From Octopus sinensis (lineage: Eukaryota), in assembly GCF_006345805.1 (NCBI RefSeq), contig NC_043008.1, forward strand, positions 23,250,001 to 23,314,000: 64,000 bases of DNA, read 5' to 3'. Position 1 is the first letter of the stretch; every line of letters starts with the position of its first letter. The position numbers and the translations under genes are program-made. Below the pieces are notes generated by a model. It made no database searches. It saw nothing but the letters and a program-made list of their open reading frames with translations, and had not been told where the DNA came from. This document shows positions 39,055 to 51,443 of this stretch, piece after piece.

Positions 39055-39965
39055 TAAAAAGGGCAAGCAACAAGTTGATTAGCCACATACCGAAAAATTA
39101 GAAATAGTAGTCAAAGACTGCTTATTTCTATGTTCTACAAATATAACTCCACGGTCTTTGACTGCTATTTCTATATCTATATCTATATCTATCTTTCTAT
39201 CTATCTATCTATCTATCTATATATATATATATATATATATATATAACACCCTAATGGGAGCCTTAACTCCCAAGTTTTAGTCATTTCTTTTATGATCCAA
39301 AACTAGGTCAAAAGTAATGAATGGATCTTTAGGAAATTTGGAAATTATATTCTATGCATAAGGGCCATAACTCCATAACAATTCATATATTTTTGCAGTT
39401 GATGAAATTTTAACCATAGATATTACACACAAATGAAGTAATATTTATAAAATTTCATCTTCTTACAAGTTAGAAAGACCCCTCCATGGGGACTTAACAC
39501 CCACAATTTTGTCATTTTATCTAAGCAAAAACAAATACAGTTGTGCTCTTGTAAGCTGTAGGGTTATCCAAGCATAAAAGTTGGCCATTACTTCTAATTC
39601 AATAGTACAACACTGTAACAGTTTGCTTTGACATACACTTACATTGTGATTTCTGCATTGTGGTGCATAAATTGTCAAGTAAATGAGAGGCATCTTTGCC
39701 TCCACTGATTCAGTTGCAAAGTGTTGAGTAAAGTTATTTGATTGCAGACCTCCTTTCAGTCTTTTTATTATCACTCAGTCACACATAGTCTCCAGATGGT
39801 AACATTGATTTCAAGGCCTTCTCAGATGAGTTACTGGTTATTGAAAAACCATTAATAGATTGTAAATTTATTCTGAGTTATATTTGTAGAAAATAGAAAT
39901 AAGCGGTCTTTGACTGCTATTTCTAATTTTTCGGTACGTTGCTAAGCAACCTGTTGCTTGCCCTT
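39055..39965. repeat. Inverted repeat pair (about 95 bp) with local mini fold-back, flanked by (TA)n
   Basis: 39055-39150 is inverted relative to about 39872-39965. 39152-39172 is a short inverted copy of 39105-39125. Confidence 0.7.
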
Positions 39966-40159
39966 TATATATATATCATCATCATCATCATCATTGTTTA
40001 ACGTTCGTTTTCCGTGCTAGCACGGGTTGGATGGTTCGACCGGGTCTGGGAAGCCTAGGGCTGCACCAGGCTCCAGTCTGATCTGGCAGTGTTTCTACAG
40101 CTGGATGCCTTTCCTAACGCCAACTACTCTGCAAGTATAGTGTATATATATATATATAT

Positions 40160-40375
40160 ATATTACTCTTTTACTCTTTTACTTGTTTCAGTCATTTGAC
40201 TGCGGCCATGCTGGAGCACCGCCTTTAGTCGAGCAAATCGACCCCGGGACTTATTCTTTGTAAGCCCAGTACTTATTCTATCGGTCTCTTTTTGCCGAAC
40301 CGCTAAGTGACAGGGACGTAAGCACACCAGCATCGGTTGTCAAGCAATGCTAGGGGTACAAACACAGACACACAA

Positions 40376-40423
<48 letters not shown>

Positions 40424-41195
40424 TATTAGAGAGTTATCCACTATGTGGATAACTCTAGTGCTAAAAATAGCTCCGAAGCAACCACAGAAGATCCGTTTCC
40501 AACTAGAATCAACACACATTTAACTGAAGGAAAGTGAAATACAACGAATAAAATAGATTGACTCTATACAATTGTTTCATTACTAATGCAATATGTAGTT
40601 TTACTTACACTTGCATCCATAAATCTTCGGTAGAGTTTGTCAGAAATGCAATTAATTAGATCGATTCGGGCGTCAAAAACACGAGCGGTCCAACCAATTA
40701 CATTTTTAGTTATGTCTCAAATTCCGCGCCAAAAGCATGCCTAGACTCCATTGGAAACGTATTATTTGATGCGGCATACGTTTCCAATGGAGTCTAGGCA
40801 TGCTTTTGGCGCGGAATTTGAGACATAACTAAAAATGTAATTGGTTGGACCGCTCGTGTTTTTGACGCCCGAATCGATCTAATTAATTGCATTTCTGACA
40901 AACTCTACCGAAGATTTATGGATGCAAGTGTAAGTAAAACTACATATTGCATTAGTAATGAAACAATTGTATAGAGTCAGTCTATTTTATTCGTTGTATT
41001 TCACTTTCCTTCAGTTAAATGTGTGTTGATTCTAGTTGGAAACGGATCTTCTGTGGTTGCTTCGGAGCTATTTTTAGCACTAGAGTTATCCAGTTATGTA
41101 TAAATTTGTATTTTCTCCGTAGTTTTTTGTGCTAAGCCACTTGGTGTTAAATTGACGGTATTATTAAATTAATATCGATTTTTCACCCTCATTTA

Positions 41196-41261
<66 letters not shown>

Positions 41262-41425
41262 TATATACGACAGGCTTCTTTCAGTTTCCGTCTACCAAAT
41301 CCACTCACAAGGCATTGGTCGGCCCGGGGCTATAGCAGAAGACACTTGCCCAAGATGCCATGCAGTGGGACTGAACCCGGAACCATGTGGTTGGTTAGCA
41401 AGCTACTTACCACACAGCCACTCCT
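40160..41425 (-). mobile_element. SINE family A split in its internal (TA)n by a palindromic insert
   Basis: Tail half at 40160-40390 and head half at 41255-41425; the insert occupies about 40421-41200. Confidence 0.85.
40446..41092. repeat. Near-perfect palindrome, 317-bp arms, 13-nt loop
   Basis: 40446-40762 is the reverse complement of 40776-41092; I found one mismatch (GATTGAC vs GTCAGTC). Confidence 0.95.
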
Positions 41426-41574
41426 ACCAATATTTGTTCCTACTGATATTGGTTATATTTCCATACTGAAATCTACCCGGAAATAATTGTTTATTTTGAA
41501 ATTAATAATTGTTTACCCTTATATTATTAATATATATATTTATATATAAATGTGTGTGTGTGTGTGTGCATTTA

Positions 41575-42632
41575 CAAGGGCCTACCCAAAAGAAACTAGA
41601 ATTTTGCAATATTATTTTATTCCTGTAGTTTTACATGTTTACACTTTTATGACCTTCAAAATATTCTCCATCTGAAGCAATGCATTGGTCCAGATGTGTT
41701 TTCTACTGTTCAAAGCAGTCCTGGAACTCCTGCAAAGTGATGCCTTTTAATGCCTGCATTGTTTTTTTTTTCCACCTCTTCCACATCTTCAAATTCTGTA
41801 GCACCAGCTTCCATCATTTGTGATGGCCTTCGAAAAAAAGTCCAAATCAACTTGCAACTGTCTTTTCACTTCCCGATATGAATTCAGTCATGACTGCTTT
41901 TGATCTTTGGTGAGAAAACAAGAACTAATTCAAGTTCATCAGTTGTTCAGTGATGGTTGTCCAAGATCACTTCATGAATTTTCATAATGTTTTCATTCAT
42001 TCGAAATGTTGACGTTTACCCTGAACAAGATTGGTCCTCAAGTGATAAATAACCATCCCTAAAGTATTAAAGCCACTCATAAACTTGTGTTTCACTCATG
42101 ACAGTGTCCTTGTAAGCTGTTTGAAGCATGACAACTGTTTTGGATCTTTTTTTCCCCAGCAGAAAACAGAATTTCATGGAAGGCGAGCTGGCAGAAACGT
42201 TAGCATGCCGGGCGAAATGCTTAGCAGTATTTCATTTGTCTTTACCTTCTGAGTTCAAATTCAGCTGGGGTTGACTTTGCCTTTCATCCTTTCGGGGTTG
42301 ATAAAATAAGTACCAGTTACGCACTGGAGTCAATGTCACTGACTTAATCTCTTTGTCTGTCCTTGTTTAGCCCTATGTGGGCAGTAAAAAATATAAAAAA
42401 CAGAATTTCATGGAAGCACGCTATTCCTTCAAGTCAGCCATTGCCAAAATCAATGAACAGGTGGGAAGCACTGCAAAACAAAGGTGCACCATGTGGCAGT
42501 ATGATCTCACTGGATGTCACCTGTTGGCAGACTGATGCCTGAGGATAGCATCAAGTGGCTTCTAGCAGTAAAAGCCTGAACTACAATGGGCTTGTCCCAC
42601 AGAGAACGTTTCCAGTTACTTTTAGGTAACTC

Positions 42633-42636
<4 letters not shown>
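41575..42636 (-). mobile_element. Internally deleted mariner with both ends, containing a SINE at 42183-42396
   Basis: TA-flanked TIR-like ends and homology to 651-1400. The SINE is flanked by the 20-bp direct repeat AAAACAGAATTTCATGGAAG (42163-42182, 42397-42416). Confidence 0.8.
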
Positions 42637-42670
<34 letters not shown>

Positions 42671-43218
42671 ACACACACACACACACACACACATACATAC
42701 GTGTGAGTGTGTGTGTGTGTGTGTGCATGTCTACACATACACACACAGTTGGTTTTATTCTGCTTCCATCTACCAAAATCTACTCAGAAAGCTTTGGTTG
42801 ACTTAAACCTATAGTGGAAGAAATTTGCTCAAGGTGCCACACTGGGACTGAACCTGAAACCATATAATTGGGAAAAACTTCTTACTTCACAGCCAAGACC
42901 GCATATAACCATATTATAACCTGTATAAGGAACCCTCGTGTATCAGGAAACACCCTAATTTTGGGGGCTTAAAATTTGGGAAAATGGGTTTGTAAGGGAT
43001 TATAATTCCATCCATGTAAAAGAAACTCCCATATTTTTTTAAACCCAATTTTTGACAAAAAAACGGATACTTTACACACTTTAAAATATGGTATATAGTA
43101 GTTTGTTTTCTTTTCCACACCTGGAATCATGGTTTGAGCTTCAACTATATGTACTTGGTAAAGCATCAAGATTTGTTAAAGAGTTTCCAATAGAGTCTTA
43201 CCATAGAATTGCACTATA

Positions 43219-46200
43219 AATAATAATAATAATAATAATAATTGTGTACAGTGCTCAGGTGCACTACAACTCATCTAAAGTGTATATATAATCAGGTGTA
43301 GTTTCGGCGGATTTCGGAAAGCATGAGGGCCTTAAAGGATGCAGTGTCATGGCAGTCAACAACTGACGCAGGCAGTTTATTCCATGCTTCAGCAACTCTG
43401 AGCGTGAAAAAATGTTTCCGAAAGTCATGGGAGCTGTGTTGTTTTCTGACTTTGTAGGCCACGTGTGTTAGACACATGGAGATCAAAAAGGTGTTCAGTG
43501 TTGTTGTTGGTGAGGTGGTTGATAACTTTGTGGGTGTTAACCAAGTCCGTCGCCAGACGCCGGAGCTTCAGTGAATCCATGCCCAGGGAAACAAGGCGCT
43601 CAGAATATGGTAGGTGTCTGATGGAGGGTATGCGTTTGGTTGCACGTCTCTGGACAGATTCCAGGAGGTCAATGTTCTGAGCAAGATAGGGGTTCCAAAC
43701 TGATGATGCGAATTCTAAGTGTGGTCATACCATAGCTGTATACAGTTTTAAATAGATGGCTGGAGAGTGGCTAACAAAAGTCTTGCTGAGTGATGCCAAG
43801 ACACCCTTGGCCTTCTTGACAATTTTAGAGATATGCTTTGTCCAATGCAAATCACTGCTGACAGTGATGCCTAGGTCACGCTCGCAAGAGGATTTCTTGA
43901 TATCAGTGTTGTGGAGGGAGTATGTGGACGCAGGGTTTTTTCTCCCAAAATGCATGGTGGTACACTTGTCCACAGCCAGTTTCAGTTGCCAGTCTGTGAT
44001 CCATTGCTGCATTGTGTCTAGGTCTGATTGCAGGAAAGAGTTGTAGACATCAGGATCTGTCCTCTTGATTTCAAGATACAGCTTGGTGTCGTCTGCATAT
44101 TTCAATACTGTGGTATTCTTTAAATTGGCATCTATGTCATTAATGTATACCACAAACAAGAGGGGACCAAGGACAGATCCCTGTGGTACACCCGATGACA
44201 TCTCATATGGTGTAGAGTGCTGTCCTAGTACTGTGACTACCTCCTTTCGGCTGAGAATGAAGGATTTCAACCAGTTAAAAAGGTCATCCCTCACACCCAA
44301 TGCAGAGAGTTTCACCATAAGCCTTTTGTGTGGCACAGAGTTGAAAGCCTTAGCAAAGTCAAGGTAGACAACATCCACCCATGAGCCACTGTCAGTGATC
44401 TGAGTAATGTCCTCAAGGAACTCGACAAGCTGATCACTGCAGCTGGAGTTAGGGACAAATCCATATTGTGAGGTTCGGATGAGACTGTGAGAGCTCCAGA
44501 AGTTCCATCAGTTTTGCAATACAGCTAGTGAGACTGACTGGGCGATAGTTGACAGGTGATGTGCGGTCGCCCTTTTTGAACAGAGGAATGACACTGGCAG
44601 TTTTCCACTGCTCCGGAGTAGCACCATTGTTGAGACAGTACTGGAAGAAAATAGAAAGCTGGTGTAAAAGGAAGTACCTGCCACGTTTGAGAAGCAGGTA
44701 TGTAACTCCATCGAGACCAGGGGAGGCATAGTTGCGCTTATTTTGAAGGTGACGTCGCAGCATTGCAGGTGTAAATTCCATAGTTGTTATGGAATTTGCT
44801 GTTAGTGATGGTGAAGATGGTACATTTTGACTTTCAACAGTGAATATGTTTGCATAGCACTCGGCAATGAGTTCTGCACATTCCTTGGGGTCGTCAGTGA
44901 TCTGGTTTGTGTGAGGGTTGCGAAGAGGGCCCACTGGAGAGTGAGGTCTCTGCTTTGAATGCACATATTTCCAGTAAACCTTGCTGTCAGGATTGGCTGC
45001 TATGCACTGTTCAAATTCAAGCACTGCTTTTTTTGTCACTTGCTTGAGATGGTTGGAAGATTTATTCCGCTTTTTCCTGTTGGTGTCTGATTTATGCAAC
45101 TTGTATTCCTGTTTAGCAGTCCGACGTTCCTTCCTGACAAGTCGGACCGCTGAAGTTTCCCAAATTGCCCTTTTGGGGCGGTTCTTCTTCTTCTGTTTAC
45201 GTGGCACTGATGCTGCACATGCTGCCCATATTGAGTCCAGGATACTCTGGAGTATAGTATTCACATCTCCAGAGTTGTAGAATTCACGCCAGTTTGGGTG
45301 CTGTAGTTCAGTGTGGTACAGGTTCCAATCTGCTCTCTTCCAATCGAAGGAAACAGATTGGAGATGGTTCAGGTTTTTGTTGCCCGCAAGAGCCAGATTG
45401 GCGATGATCATAGCATGATCAGAGTCACCTAGAGGTTCCTCCGTAGTGCAATTGATAACCGCTTCAGGAGTGGTGGTGAAGAGCAGGTCCAAGGTGTTGT
45501 TGCCTCTTGTTGGAGAGGTGACTACTTGTGACCAGTTTGAGTCCAGTACAAGCTCAACAAAATCGTTTGCACTCTGTGGCCAATGGAAGGTTTCCCAATT
45601 GATCTCAGGATGATTGAAATCGCCTGCAATAAAAACATAAGTGGCTGTTTTCCTGGCAGCAGCTCGGAGGATATTGTAAAGCTGTGTGTCCTGATGGTAA
45701 TTTGGGGGACGATAAACAACGCCAAGCAGGAGTGTTGACATGGTCGTACGTACGTCACAGAAAAAAACTTCTTGTGATTCGTTCAAATCGGCACAAGGAA
45801 TTACCGAAAAATTTGAACGAATGTAGACCATCACACCACCACCATGGTGGTTAATGCGGTCCTTACGGAAGAGGTTGTACCCCGTAATGTTGAAAACTTC
45901 ATCACAGAGTAAGGAATGCGCTCATGTTTCTGTGACAGTGATGAAGTCAGGGTCAATACTTCTGACGTAGGCGTTGAATAAATGTATTTTGTTGCATAAA
46001 CTGCGAGCATTTAAGGACAACAATTTGTACCCTGCTTGCAGTTTATGGTGGTGTGTAGAGGATGGCAGGTTGTTCTGGTTTAGTTTCCCTGAGTTGCTGT
46101 AGTCTTTTTAGATTTTTTTTCAGTGTCAGTTATTGTGGGTAGAGAGCACTCAGACCAGCTGGTATCTCTCTTCCACGTTTCAGCAGTCTTAACAAATCTC

Positions 46201-46440
46201 CAGATTTGTCCATCTTCACGGAGACTGAAACTTTCTTGTAGAGCTGAGTTCCGGTTCAAGGAAGCCGCTACACGTAGCTTCGGACGTACATCGGATGGTA
46301 AGCCTGGGCGTGTTCGGAAGGTAGTCCGATTTTCACGCCCAGCTTTAACTGAGGCCAGATGGTATGAGGTTACCTCAGCGTGGTCTGAAAAAGACAGCTT
46401 GATGAGCCTGGGTTTTGGGCCAGGTCGTCCATGTATTATA
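43219..46440 (-). mobile_element. CR1-clade LINE: ORF1 end, nearly complete ORF2 (APE + RT), (ATT)n tail
   Basis: LNARSL, GGGV, IAGDFNHPEINW, LDLLFT, SDH, NYRPVSLTS, YLDFAKAFNSVPH, GVPQGSVLGPLLF, YADD, ERDLG, VRPHLEF. Few disablements. Confidence 0.93.
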
Positions 46441-46508
46441 ATAATGGTATGAATTATGTCTTTGATTACATTGCATAGTTAAGAGTGGTTAATCTGATTT
46501 CTTTACGC

Positions 46509-46541
<33 letters not shown>

Positions 46542-46576
46542 GATAAGAAAGTTTGTTTGGTAAAGCACGTGGGTGA

Positions 46577-46895
46577 ATATATAAGAAAATAGTAAAGAGT
46601 GAAAAAACGACAGAAGGCTTAAATGTTAAAAAATATATATATTTGCGTCAAAATGTCTGGAGAATATTGGAAAAATTTTTTTCCTTTCCTTAAAATGACA
46701 TAATTTTATAATTTTTAAAGAAATACCAAGAGCTAACTGCGAAACCGGTATTTCTTTAAAAATTATAAAATTATGTCATTTTAAGGAAAGGAAAAAAATT
46801 TTTCCAATATTCTCCAGACATTTTGACGCAAATATATATATTTTTTAACATTTAAGCCTTCTGTCGTTTTTTCACTCTTTACTATTTCTTATATA
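46577..46895. repeat. Fold-back with about 150-bp arms whose 19-nt loop is a partial hammerhead core
   Basis: Arms 46577-46727 and 46747-46895, loop AAGAGCTAACTGCGAAACC. The tail CTCTTTACTATTTCTTATA repeats at about 46934. Confidence 0.9.
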
Positions 46896-46965
46896 TATAT
46901 ATATATAATAGAAATATTAAAATTACTAAGTCTCTCTTTACTATTTCTTATATATATATATATAT

Positions 46966-47114
46966 AATTATAATTAAGGATATCTAAGAGATACCACCAT
47001 GCTAGAGATAGCAGTCAAAATTTGACTCTAAAGCCACATGATGTGGTTTTAGAGTCAAGTTTTGACTGCTATATCTAGCATGGTGTTATCTCTTAGACAT
47101 CCTTAATTATAATT
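46966..47114. repeat. Imperfect hairpin, about 73-bp arms
   Basis: AATTATAATTAAGGATATCTAAGAGATA..GCCACAT-G-ATGTGGTT..TATCTCTTAGACATCCTTAATTATAATT. Confidence 0.85.
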
Positions 47115-48414
47115 TTAATAATAATTAATACCTATAAGGTTTTTATTCCCTGCTGGCCAGTTGATATGATCTGTATTTTAAATAATGATTTTATCCTTAT
47201 TTATGTGAATATATATACACATACACACACACATATATCTTTAATATATTTGCGATAATTATATGCATACTAGCTGGCCCCATACCATCAAAAATGACGG
47301 CTAATTGTAGTATTTTATATATAAATATGGATGGTAAATCAAATTAATACAATGTTATCTGGTGGTTGTCTTTTGAGATGTGACATTGATCATTATTTGT
47401 TACTGAAAGAATGCTGGTTCACATGTACATTCACGTACTTCCCTTGTACACATACACACACAGAGCTGAAACGCTGTTTGATTTTCCTTTTCATGTTCAC
47501 CATCCCACTTCCATTGCATGCACACACACAAGCATTCACATACCCCCGTTTTACATACACACACATATACTCACACAGAGCTGAAACTCACCCACTACCA
47601 ATTTGCCATCACCCCTTCCTTCTTTATTCATCTATCACCCCTTCCTTTCTCATTCACATGTTGTGACAGAGAAAAACACAAGAGTAGATCAATTTGCAAT
47701 AATTCTAATCATGCAATATTGGTTATTGCTGATTTCTTGATTTTAAATAAAAAATAATAGATAACAGCTCTCAAAGGGAAGTGGGGGGGGTAAGTGTAAT
47801 ACAAAGAATCTCAAGCAGTGCTACCTAAAGTGGTGGTTGGCGGACTGGCGCTGGTCTGTGAACCATCAGCTACTGGTATGCAGCGAATTTCCTGAAAAGA
47901 AAGAAATTTTATAAAATGCTTATGTAATATAGGTGAAGGAGTGGCTGTGTGGTAAGTTGCTTGCTTACAAACCACATGGTTCTGTGTTCAGTCCCACTGC
48001 GTGGCACCTTGGGCAAGTGTCTTCTACTATAACGTCGGGCCGACCAAAGCCTTGTGAGTGGATTTGGTAGACAGAAACTGAAAGAATCCCATCGTATATA
48101 TGTATATATATATATATGTATGTGTGTGTATATGTTTGTGTGTCTGTGTTTGTCCCTCCAACATCGCTTGACAACCGATGCTGGTGTATTTACGTCCCCG
48201 TAACTTAGCGGTTTGGCAAAAGAGACCGATAGAATAAGTACTAGGCTTACAAAGTCCTGGGATCGATTTGCTTGACTAAAGGTGGTGCTCCAGCATGGCC
48301 ACAGCCCAATGACTGAAACAAGTAAAAGAGTAAAAGAGAGTAAAGAGTATTGTATCATTTGTTTACAAAATAAATATATGATTGAAAAAACTGTCATCTT
48401 TTATTATATTCATT

Positions 48415-49110
48415 CATCATCATCATCATCATCGTTTAACATCCATTTTCCATGCTAGCATGGGTTGGACAGTTTGACTAGGTCTGAGAAACCAGGAGGC
48501 TGCTCCAGGCTCCAGGCTCTAGTCTGATCTGGCAGTGTTTCTACAGCTAGATGCCCTTCATAACGCCAACCATTCCATGAGTGTAGTGGGTGCTTTTTAC
48601 ATGCCACCTGCACAAGGGCAGAGGAGGCTGGCAATGGCCATGATTGGTTGGCACTTTTTATGTTCCACCGGCACAGGGGCCAGTACAGGCGGCACTGGCA
48701 TCAGTCACATTCGGATGCTGCTTTTTACATGCCACTAGCATGGGTACCACAACTACAATTTCCATTTGATTTTTATTTTGATGTTGATGTACTTGACTCA
48801 ATAGGTCTCCTCAAGCACAGCAGGCCATCCTACTATCCAAGGTACTTTGAATGGGCTGCGGCTGGTTATGTGAAGCTGGTGTAGGATACAGATGTGAACT
48901 CACTTTATTTGTCGGGTCTTCGCAGTCACAGCATATCTCGGTCTTTTGTCATTTCCTCTGTGAAGCCCAACATTTGAAGGTCATGCTTGACCACCTCATC
49001 CCATGTCATCCTGGGTCTACCTCTACCCTGGATTCCTTCAACTATTTGGGAGCGGCACTTCTTCACACATCTTTCCTCTTTCATCCATAGTACATGACTA
49101 TACCAGTGCA
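48415..49110 (-). mobile_element. RTE 3' end (RT C-terminus, 3' UTR, (CAT)n)
   Basis: WYSHV..GRGRPRMTWDEVVKHD, the same family as 24986-27575. Confidence 0.85.
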
Positions 49111-49191
49111 AATGTCTCTATGATTTCTAAATCTCTCTAAAGGAGAGATACAGCAGCAGTACTGGATATTAATATTTATTTCCAAACTAAC

Positions 49192-49379
49192 ATGGCAGTC
49201 CAGAGAAACAGGACGAATGCTGCTGTTGATTAGCTCCAAGAGGCTATCACCTCTAGCTAGCTATATGACACACGAACCTGCGTCTGGATGCAGGTTCATC
49301 TGTCATATAGCTAGCTAGAGGTGATAGCCTCTCGGAGCTAATCAACAGTAGCATTCTTCCTGTTTCTCTGGACTGCCAT
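49192..49379. repeat. Imperfect hairpin, about 92-bp arms
   Basis: ATGGCAGTCCAGAGAAACAGG..GAACCTGCGTC-TG-GATGCAGGTTC..CCTGTTTCTCTGGACTGCCAT. Confidence 0.85.
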
Positions 49380-49657
49380 ATATTGTTTCCAGTATAAATT
49401 AATATTACTAAGAAATATTAATGGTCCCTGGCACATTGGAAAAAAAACTGCCAGTACAGCACATCAGATATTTTGAGAAGCACTGATCTGATATTCTAAG
49501 ATGTCCTTTCCTAAACTGCGAATTAAGTCTTACCTATTTGGACTTTACATTATCCATCATGTTAAATGCTTCTGCAAAGAGACAATTTCAAAGGAAATCA
49601 CTGTATTTTCTAGCATGTAAGACACACAATTGCATAAGTCACATTTCTATTTTATAG

Positions 49658-51443
49658 CCTAGGCTGGCTGGCTGGCCCTGTTTTGGATGCCTGGCTGGAA
49701 ACTAGCCTAGGCTGGCTGGCTGGCCGGGTTTGGTTGCCTGGCTGACCCAACCTAGGCGAATTTCCAGACAGAAAGCCAAATCCAAGCCAGCCAGCAGCCA
49801 AGGCCCGGCCAGCCAGCTAGCAGTCAAGGCCCGGCCAGCCAGCCAGCCAGTCTAGGCCTGTTTCCAGCCAACAAGCCAAGGCCGCGCCAGCCAGGCATCA
49901 AAAACTGGGCCAGCCAGCCAGTCTAGGCCAGTTTCCAGCCAGCAAGCCAAGGCCGTGCCAGCCAGTCTAGGCCAGTTTCCAGCCAGCATGCCAAGGCCGT
50001 GCCAGCCAGGTATCCAAAACAGGGCCCGCCAGCCAGCCAAGGCCAGTTTCCAGCCAGTAAACCACGGCCGGGCCAGCCAGGCAGCCAAGGCCCGGCCTGC
50101 CAGGCAGCCTAGGCCAATTTCCCGCTAGCAAGCCAAGTCCAGGCCAGCCAGCCAGCCTAGGCCAGTTTCCAGCCAGCAAGCCAAGGCCGGGCCAGCCAGG
50201 CAGCCAAAACAGGGCCAGCCAGCAAGCGAAGGGCAGGCCAGCCAGCCAGCCTAGGCCAGTTTCCAGCCAGCCAGCCAGGCATCCTAAACAGGGCCAGCTG
50301 GCAATCCAAGGCTGGTCCAGCCAGGCAGCCAAGCCCGGCCAGCCAGGTATCCAAAACAGGGCAAGCGAGCCAGCCCAGGCCTGCTTCCAGCCAGCAAGCC
50401 ATGGCTGGGCCAGCCAGGCAACCGAGGCCTGGCCTGCCAGCCAACCGAGGCCTGGCCAGCCAGCCTAGACCAATTTCCAGCCTGCAAACCAAGGCCGGAA
50501 AGCCAGCCAACCTAGATCAATTTCCAACCAGCAAGCCAAGGCCGGGCCAGCCAGCCAGCCAGCCAAAGCCCAGCCAGCCAGCCAGCCAGCCTGGGCCAGT
50601 TTCCAGCCAGGAATCCAAAACAGAGCCAGCCAGCCAGCCTAGGCCAATTTCCAGCCAGCAAGCCAAGGCCAGGCCAGCCAGGCAACCGAGGCCAGTTTCC
50701 AGCAAGCCTAGGCCAATTTCCAGCCAGCAAACCAAGGCTGGGCCAGACAGGCAGCCAAGGCTGGCCAGCCCACCAGCAAGCCAAGGCCAGGCAAGCCAGC
50801 CAGCCTATGCCAATTTCCAGCCAGCAAAACTAGGCCGGGCTAGTCAGGCAACTAATGCCCGGTCAACTAGCCAGCCTAGGCCAGCTTCCAGCCAGCAAAC
50901 CAAGTCCCGGCCAGCCAGGCACCCAAAACCGGGCCAGCCAGCCAGCCTAGGCCGGTCTCCAGCCAGCAAGCCAAGGCCGGGCCAGCAAGCCAAGGCCGGG
51001 CCAGCCAGGCATCCAAAACAGGGCCAGCTAGCCAGCCTAGGCCAGTTTCCAGTCAGCAAGCCAAGGCCGGGCCAGCCAGGCATCCAAAACCAGGCCAACC
51101 AGCCAGCAAGTCAAGGCCAGGCCAGCCAGGAATCCAAAACCGGGCCAGCCAACCAGTCTAGGCCAGTTTCCAGGCTGGCCATGCCATGGATGCCTGGCTG
51201 GCCCAGCCAACAAGCTAAGTCCAGACCAGCCAGGCATCCATGGCACAGCCAGTGTCCAGCCAGCAAGCCAAGGCCGGACCAGACAACCAGCTTAGGCCAG
51301 TTTCCAGCCAGGAAATCAAAAACCAGCCAGCCAGGCAGCCTAGGCCAGTTTCCAGCCAGCAAGCCAAGGCTGGGCCAGCCAGGCAGCCAAGGTCCGGTCA
51401 GCAAGGCCCTGCCAGCCAGCCAAGGCCAGTTTCCAGCCAGGAA
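49658..51443 (+). repeat. GC-rich minisatellite built on GCCA, degenerate unit of about 71 bp
   Basis: Approximate consensus CCTAGGCCAGTTTCCAGCCAGCAAGCCAAGGCCGGGCCAGCCAGGCATCCAAAACAGGGCCAGCCAGCCAG. Inverted blocks at 49658-49748 and 51173-51202. Confidence 0.93.

Noticed and set aside
47816-49485. Possible hAT MITE ends (CAGTGCT..) enclosing a SINE, an RTE tail and a hairpin
   Set aside because: TIR similarity is short and the 8-bp flanks match only partly (ATCTCAAG vs ATCTGATA), which is not enough to call.
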